64,000 bases of DNA. Source: a virus. Position numbers and translations under genes: made by a program. Numbering within the stretch: the stretch's first letter is position 1; the number at the start of each line of letters is the position of its first letter. Below, piece by piece: positions 58,090 through 64,000 of this stretch. Location: positions 9,769 to 73,768 of the IMG/VR virus record IMGVR_UViG_3300025917_000002. One strand, written 5' to 3'. The notes under the pieces were generated by a model that did no database searches, was not told the origin of the DNA, and saw nothing but the letters and a program-made list of their open reading frames with translations.

Positions 58090-61000
58090 ATGCAAGCCAA
58101 GTCCTACTTCGACAAGCTACTGGGTAGCGATGCCAGCCCACTGCAACAGGCTGAGCAGGAAGCAGAATTGGCGAGGTTGCGCGTAGAGGCAGCGGTGGCT
58201 AAGCGGAATCAGGTTGTTGAAAGTGCGCCACGGGAAGCGGCGAGCTACTTTGATCGAATGCTATCGACACGCGCTGCGCCGTTGACGCCTGCGCCGCCGG
58301 TGAAGACGCCCCTGATCGGCGCACCCGGCAAGGGTGGAGCCAGCAACCTTGCGCCCGATCCCGCGACGGGTGGAACGGGCATCGTCAAGCCGCCAAACCC
58401 CCAAGCCCAAGCGAATAAGATGATCGACCAGATGCTTGCTGATAGCACCAAGAGCGATCAGTGGAAGCAGATGCAGGAGGACATGGCCGCGAGGGCTGAG
58501 GCTGCCGGGTTGCCCCCCACGGCGGACCCGCGCACGCGGCTCTTAGATGCGATCAACCGTGCCGAGAAAGCGGGGTTCAAGACTCCGCATTTCATAGGAA
58601 CTCCCAAGGAGCCAAGCGGCGATCGGGGCGTTTCGCGGGACGTTGAGAACCTTGTTACGTCGCTGAAGGCGCAGGAGAGGGCTACGCCTGCGGGACCGGC
58701 GCGGGATGCGATCGCGCGGCAGCGAGCTTATTGGGAGCAGGAAGCCGCGCAGGGGATGAGCGCCGGGGAGTGGCAGGCGCAGACAGGAGAAGGGGACGTG
58801 CTTTACCCGCACGAGGCGACGAATCGCCAACCCGTTGGCCCTCCACTTGAGCTTACCGAGCTACGCAACACGCAGGACCGCCCACCCGTACCCGAGCCAC
58901 CGGAGGCCCTTGCCGCGCAGATGGAAGCGTTGCAGGCAAGGCGCGGGAAGCGCCGTGCGGTGCTGGTGACGCCGGGTGAGCAGCTACCTCCGATCCCACC
59001 GGGTTACGAGGTCACGCGGACCTCCGCTGGGACGTTTATCCATCGGCCTGACCTTGCGCCGGATGATGTGATTCGCTCGGTGGACGCGGGGACGTACCAG
59101 GAGTTGCTTGGAATCCACGAGCCGAAGTCACCGCAGACGACAGCAGCGGTGGTCGCGCGGGATGAGCAAGGACGCGAGCTGTTCGCCGCGCTGGCTTCAC
59201 CGAAGAACGTCGTCAGACAAGCGCGCGAGGTCAAGCGCCAGTTCCCGAAGGCTAAGGTAAGGATGGAGCAGCCCGAACAGGTGCTTGCGGGGCGGGGTGC
59301 GCCACAGCAGTTCGCGCCGGAAGACCTCGCCGCCGCCCACTTTGAGGTGCTGAAGGCTGGCGACATGCTGAAGAAGCTGACGCCGGAGCAGTTCGAGGGA
59401 CTGGTTGCGCCGCTGAAGGCGAAGGGATGGGAGGTTGGGGCAGACTACGTCAAGCCGCCACAGGCTGCACCGGGGCAGTATCCGCTGTGGGAGCGGCAGC
59501 TCGTAGGAAAGGGCGCACCCTCTGAGGCTCCAGCAACGCCGCCTTCGGATGCCGATTATGGTATGCCCCCTGAGACTCGGCTGCTGAAAAGTGAGAAGGT
59601 TGGTCGCCTCGCGAGCGGTGTGGTAGATGTCGGCAAGGGCATGGTCGCAATGATTCCCGCAGCTGGTGAGATCGCTGTTGATTCCCTGGTGGGTAAACCG
59701 GGACTGGCTGGCAAGAAACTTTGGGATATGCTTGGAGAACCACAGCTTGCGGAGTACAGGAAGGCACAAGAACTCGCCCGTGCGCGGGGCTACACAGATG
59801 GTAGAGCCGCTCTCGCCGACCCAGAAGTGGCTCAGCACTTTGCTGCTGCATTCACACCAATGGTAGGCCCAATGGCGAGCCACGCAATAGACCGGGCTCG
59901 CAGTGGGGATATAGCGGGTGCTATCGGCGAGGGGATTATGATTGCTGCGCCGATGGCCCTACATGGAGTCAGGGGTAAGTTCAAAGGTAGTAAGGTAGCT
60001 AAGGAGGTAGCCAAAGATGCCGAAACAATACGAAGCGATGCGGGACAAGTTCGCGAAGGGCGCACCGAAGGACAGCCCGAAGTACAACCGGGCGCAGTCG
60101 AAGGCAGCGGCGATTTACAACGCGAAGCACCCAAACGCGCCGGTGAGCAACAAGTCGCACGGGAAGAAGGGAAAGTAACAGCAGAGCCGCCAGCAAAGCC
60201 CATAGCTAAGGCTACGGAGGCCGAACCGGCCCCACCACTCAACGAGCGCGAGGCCGCAGCCGCCGAGTCCGAAGCCGCCCGCGTCAAGGCCGCGCAGGGC
60301 GAGTTCGACGTACTTGGGCCAGAGGACTTCGGGATTCCCAAGGGCGGAGGTCCACTGAAGCCCGGAGAGAAGTTGGGGATGCGGGAGATCAAGCCGACCT
60401 ACCGGGAAACGGTGGAGATGTTTGGGCCGGAGTATATGAAGCGGGGGTTGGGGGAGGAGCAGACGGTGGCGATGCAGGGAGTGGAGGCTGCGGAGCCCAA
60501 GACCGAAGCCCTGCCCAAACCCGAGCAACTGAGCCAAAACTTCCGCGCCGGTACGAACAACGCAACGATGGTATTTACCGATGCCAACCAGCGCGACTTG
60601 TTCAAGCTCGGCAGCATCACCAAGAAGTCCGAGCGGGGCGGTGGTGAACAGGGGGTCAGCTTTGCACCGGCAGCGGTGGGTAAGGCGGCTGACCTAAAGG
60701 CGAGCTTGGCGGAGCGGATGGGCATACCGGAGAGCGAGGTTGCGAGCCTAGCCCGACAAGTGGGGATGGATGTACGGGCGCAGATGAGGGGTGTGAAGCA
60801 TCTTGAGACGCGGCAGTTGGTGGATAACGTGGGTAGAGCCAAGGCCCCCGAGCCGCAGCCGGTAGGGGCGGCCCTGGAGCCAGCGGCGACGCTCCCAAAA
60901 GCAGGGGGAGAAACACCCAAAGCCCTCGCAGCCCGTGAGGCCGCAGCGAAGCTGGAAGCTCTTGGCCCCGAACCCCATAAACCAAGCCCCGAGAAACGGT

Positions 61001-64000
61001 TCTTTGGCGCAAGAGGGAGGGAAGGAGCGGACCCGGCGGTTGTTGCTCGCTACGACGCCGAAGTGAAAGCTCATAACGCTTGGCGACGGAAGTACGGCAT
61101 TCTCAAGAAAGCAGAAGTCGGGACCTCCAACGCGGCATTTTATGAGCGGCAAGCGGCTGCGGCGGAGCCCCCGAAGGCCCCGCTAACCGAAGCCCCCGCC
61201 AAGCCCAAGCCAATCGCCCCCGAAGGCTTCGGTCGCGCCAACAAGCTCGTCAAAATGGACGAAGCGGCTCAGCTCTGGGAGGAGTTCAAGGAGAACCAGA
61301 AGAAGAAAAGGGGGAGCGGGGGTTTAGATACCGAGGACATCACCAAACTCGTCAAGATCGGGGCGGCTTACGTTGAGGGGGGCGCGCGGGAACTCGGGGC
61401 ATTCACGAAGCATCTGGTCGATCTGGTCGGCGAGGAAGCTCGGGCTTGGGCACCGTTGATTCACGAACGGGCCGTGCGGTTCGTCGATAGCGGCGAGCTG
61501 CGCGACCTGACCGGGGCGAAGAACGCGATCGTTGAAGCGGAGCGGGCGCTGCGTGGTATGGCTCCGGTTGAGAAGCAGATGTACGCGGCGGGCGGTGAGT
61601 CCTTCCTTGAAGCCAAACGCCGGGTTGATTCTGATCCGACCTACGCGCCGACGCTGGCGGCAGCGGTTGCCGAACGGGTCCGCCCCTTGGACGTGGTTGA
61701 AACTTATGCACTCGGTCACGACCGAATGAAGATCAAGAATGCGATACGGGCTAAGGAAGCGGAGATCGCAGAATTGATCGAGGCAGGCAAGGACCCGGCT
61801 GAAGCCAACCTTGCGCTGGCCGCGTTGGAAGATGCCTGGAACGTAAACGACCAAGCACTCGTGAAGGGCGGACGGGAACAATCCGCCGCGTTCAACGCAC
61901 GGAAAATGATCGAGCGAGATGATTATGAACTGCTACCAGTGCTGAACCGGGTCAGAGTAAACAGTGGTAAGGCCGAGGTTGCCCCGGAGCTACGGGCCGA
62001 ACTCAAAGACCTAACCGACAAGTTCGCGGCGGCGGAAGCGAAGCTCGAAGCCCAAGGGGACCGCATGAAGGCCCTAGAAGCAGAACTGGCCGTGAAGCGC
62101 ATCGCCAAGGACGCAGAGCGGACCACGAGGAAGGCCAAACGGGCCGAGACGAAAGCCGAGCTTGACACCGAGTTCGCCGCCCTCAAGGTACAGTTCGCCG
62201 AGGCTCGCAAGGAGGCCGGTCGCGCCCAAGCCTCGGGCTTCGCTTCCATTGATCCCGAAGGCAAACTAACCGCGCTCGTCGGCAAGATGGCATTCAATCG
62301 GTTCAAGGCTGGCGTCACAACCGTTGAAGGCATCGTCGATGGTATCTATAGCGAGCTTTCCGACCAGCTCCAAGGGCTGAACAAGGACGACGTGCGAGAT
62401 GCGATCAGCGGCTATGGACGCGATCCGAAGCGGCGGACGGTAAACGAGGCGCGGCGAGAATACAACAAGCTGCTTAGTGAGATGCGCCAGATGGCCGGTG
62501 ATCTTTCGCCCCAAGAAAAGGCCCAACGCACGCAGCTACAGAACCGGATCAACGTGATGCGTGAGCAGCTTGCCAGCGGCCACTTCGAGCAGCCCCAGAA
62601 GCCGCCCCGCGTACAGAGCAGCGAGGTCGCCCGGTTGGTGGTTGAGCGGAACCGCTTGAGGTATGAGATTGATCGACGGGTAGCTCAGCAGAAGCGGACG
62701 CATCCGCTGAACGTCGCGACCTCCGCGCAGCAGAGTGTGATGCTTGGTAATCTGGTTGGTATCGCGCAGGATATTGTGAGCACCACGGGGGGCAATATCA
62801 GTGCTACCCCACAGATGATTCCGGCGGTGTTGCTGGACGCGCTGCAAGGCACGCGCACGAAGCAACGGGTCAACACCGTGCTTGGGCCGGTAGAACTGGC
62901 TAAGGCCATCGGCAAGGGGCTGGCGAACGTGCCGAAGGAAGCGAAGGAAATCGCCAAGCACGGGCTCAGCGAAAAGCAAGCCCGCGAGCAGGAAGTACCG
63001 CACGAGATGAACAGCGGTAATAAGACGCTGGACAAAGCGGTCGCGGCGGTGAGCCGATCACGCTCGATCGCAGACCTTCCTAACTGGGAAGTCGGGATGG
63101 AGATCGCCCGGCGAGAGTCGTCTAAGGCGGTCGCCAAGACTGAGGCACTGCGGGGCGAGACGGCCAAAGGTGATGTGAGCAAACGGGCAAAGGAAATCTA
63201 CGATAACATGTCCCTAGCGGAGCATCTGGACATCGCGATGGACGCGGCGGCTGCGATCGCAAAGACCGAGGCCACGCAGGAAGCTCGGGTAAGGACGTTC
63301 AAGCAGGATAACTTCTTCAGTGACCTTGTGCGAAGCGCGATCACGGATAAGAGCGGAAAGGAGATACCGTCCCGGCGGTTTGTCGTGCGCTTTATCCAGC
63401 CGTTCGAGAAGGCGATGAGCAACTATATCAAGGCGGGGTTTGACCTGTCGGGGCCGGGGGTTTTCACGGGGCTGGCCCGAGCTTCGATCAACCTTGCTCG
63501 GCCCGAGCGGTTTGGTGGGGACGTGATGAAGCTGCGGGAATCGCAGCGCAAGGCGAACCTTGCGTTCTCGCGGGGCGTCACGGGCGGCACCGGTGGCTTG
63601 CTCCTCGGTTACACGCTGGCGAATCTCGGCGTCATCGGCGACCCCAAGGATGAGGAGAACAAGATGAAGGGCCGGGCGGCTTCGCTCCACTTCGGTGACA
63701 AGAGCTTTGACATCGGCTGGATGGGTCCGTTCGCGGTGCCGGTCGCGATAGGCGCGGGTATCTACTATGACCAAGCCGAGGGGGCGAAACACGCATTCGT
63801 CCGCAGCATGACGCAAGCTCCATTCGTGCGCGGCGGGCGACAGCTTTATAACTGGACGCAGGCAGCGGAAGCGAAAGGGGCGGAGCGAGTCGGCACGATA
63901 GCCGGGCAGATCGTATCAAGCAGGACCATACCTGGGTTTGTTCGAGACGTTGCTCGGCTCGCGGACGCAGGGAAGGATCGCGAGCAAAAGGGCTTCATGG
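58090..64000 (+). CDS. giant internal virion/ejection protein, >1,900 aa, truncated by right edge
   Basis: Not in ORF track. ATG at 58090 (MQAKSYFDKLLG); frame appears open to the window end; Ala/Glu/Pro-rich and helical. Confidence 0.8.
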   Translation, partial: MQAKSYFDKLLGSDASPLQQAEQEAELARLRVEAAVAKRNQVVESAPREAASYFDRMLSTRAAPLTPAPPVKTPLIGAPGKGGASNLAPDPATGGTGIVKPPNPQAQANKMIDQMLADSTKSDQWKQMQEDMAARAEAAGLPPTADPRTRLLDAINRAEKAGFKTPHFIGTPKEPSGDRGVSRDVENLVTSLKAQERATPAGPARDAIARQRAYWEQEAAQGMSAGEWQAQTGEGDVLYPHEATNRQPVGPPLELTELRNTQDRPPVPEPPEALAAQMEALQARRGKRRAVLVTPGEQLPPIPPGYEVTRTSAGTFIHRPDLAPDDVIRSVDAGTYQELLGIHEPKSPQTTAAVVARDEQGRELFAALASPKNVVRQAREVKRQFPKAKVRMEQPEQVLAGRGAPQQFAPEDLAAAHFEVLKAGDMLKKLTPEQFEGLVAPLKAKGWEVGADYVKPPQAAPGQYPLWERQLVGKGAPSEAPATPPSDADYGMPPETRLLKSEKVGRLASGVVDVGKGMVAMIPAAGEIAVDSLVGKPGLAGKKLWDMLGEPQLAEYRKAQELARARGYTDGRAALADPEVAQHFAAAFTPMVGPMASHAIDRARSGDIAGAIGEGIMIAAPMALHGVRGKFKGSKVAKEVAKDAETIRSDAGQVREGRTEGQPEVQPGAVEGSGDLQREAPKRAGEQQVAREEGKVTAEPPAKPIAKATEAEPAPPLNEREAAAAESEAARVKAAQGEFDVLGPEDFGIPKGGGPLKPGEKLGMREIKPTYRETVEMFGPEYMKRGLGEEQTVAMQGVEAAEPKTEALPKPEQLSQNFRAGTNNATMVFTDANQRDLFKLGSITKKSERGGGEQGVSFAPAAVGKAADLKASLAERMGIPESEVASLARQVGMDVRAQMRGVKHLETRQLVDNVGRAKAPEPQPVGAALEPAATLPKAGGETPKALAAREAAAKLEALGPEPHKPSPEKRFFGARGREGADPAVVARYDAEVKAHNAWRRKYGILKKAEVGTSNAAFYERQAAAAEPPKAPLTEAPAKPKPIAPEGFGRANKLVKMDEAAQLWEEFKENQKKKRGSGGLDTEDITKLVKIGAAYVEGGARELGAFTKHLVDLVGEEARAWAPLIHERAVRFVDSGELRDLTGAKNAIVEAERALRGMAPVEKQMYAAGGESFLEAKRRVDSDPTYAPTLAAAVAERVRPLDVVETYALGHDRMKIKNAIRAKEAEIAELIEAGKDPAEANLALAALEDAWNVNDQALVKGGREQSAAFNARKMIERDDYELLPVLNRVRVNSGKAEVAPELRAELKDLTDKFAAAEAKLEAQGDRMKALEAELAVKRIAKDAERTTRKAKRAETKAELDTEFAALKVQFAEARKEAGRAQASGFASIDPEGKLTALVGKMAFNRFKAGVTTVEGIVDGIYSELSDQLQGLNKDDVRDAISGYGRDPKRRTVNEARREYNKLLSEMRQMAGDLSPQEKAQRTQLQNRINVMREQLASGHFEQPQKPPRVQSSEVARLVVERNRLRYEIDRRVAQQKRTHPLNVATSAQQSVMLGNLVGIAQDIVSTTGGNISATPQMIPAVLLDALQGTRTKQRVNTVLGPVELAKAIGKGLANVPKEAKEIAKHGLSEKQAREQEVPHEMNSGNKTLDKAVAAVSRSRSIADLPNWEVGMEIARRESSKAVAKTEALRGETAKGDVSKRAKEIYDNMSLAEHLDIAMDAAAAIAKTEATQEARVRTFKQDNFFSDLVRSAITDKSGKEIPSRRFVVRFIQPFEKAMSNYIKAGFDLSGPGVFTGLARASINLARPERFGGDVMKLRESQRKANLAFSRGVTGGTGGLLLGYTLANLGVIGDPKDEENKMKGRAASLHFGDKSFDIGWMGPFAVPVAIGAGIYYDQAEGAKHAFVRSMTQAPFVRGGRQLYNWTQAAEAKGAERVGTIAGQIVSSRTIPGFVRDVARLADAGKDREQKGFM

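Noticed and set aside
58245-63919. Many minus-strand ORFs
   Set aside because: Antisense shadows of the giant plus-strand gene in GC-rich DNA.
1-64000. Stop-codon reassignment
   Set aside because: Core genes are full length in the standard code, and TAA, TAG and TGA all end genes.

Overview
The window is a 64-kb piece of a tailed dsDNA phage (or prophage) genome; I see no integrase, lysis genes or host genes. The left arm (1-18.9 kb, minus strand) is early/replication DNA. It carries a UDG-fused PolA-type polymerase interrupted by an intein (runs off the left edge), an SSB, AAA ATPase and PD-(D/E)XK nuclease, an SF3/D5 helicase, and many small accessory ORFs, several of which share a GGAGGGTTGA start motif. 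A divergent switch at about 18.9-19.07 kb holds an unannotated RHH gene and two symmetric 17-bp sites. The right arm (19-64 kb, plus strand) encodes TerS, TerL with a class-3 intein, portal, scaffold, capsid, podovirus-type adaptor/nozzle/ejection proteins, and a >1,900-aa ORF running off the right edge. The standout feature is a candidate phage-encoded mucin-type O-glycosylation system. Two glycosyltransferases between portal and scaffold carry the DAHC and W/YG..E...W..GG...H.FR motifs of eukaryotic polypeptide GalNAc-transferases; one is fused to a SAM methyltransferase and the other to a second GT domain. Four virion-module proteins carry about 700 residues of (Ser-X)n tracts, including a LamG domain on a 216-aa Ser stalk fused to a neck-ring-like domain. 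All assignments come from motif recognition by eye; no searches were run.
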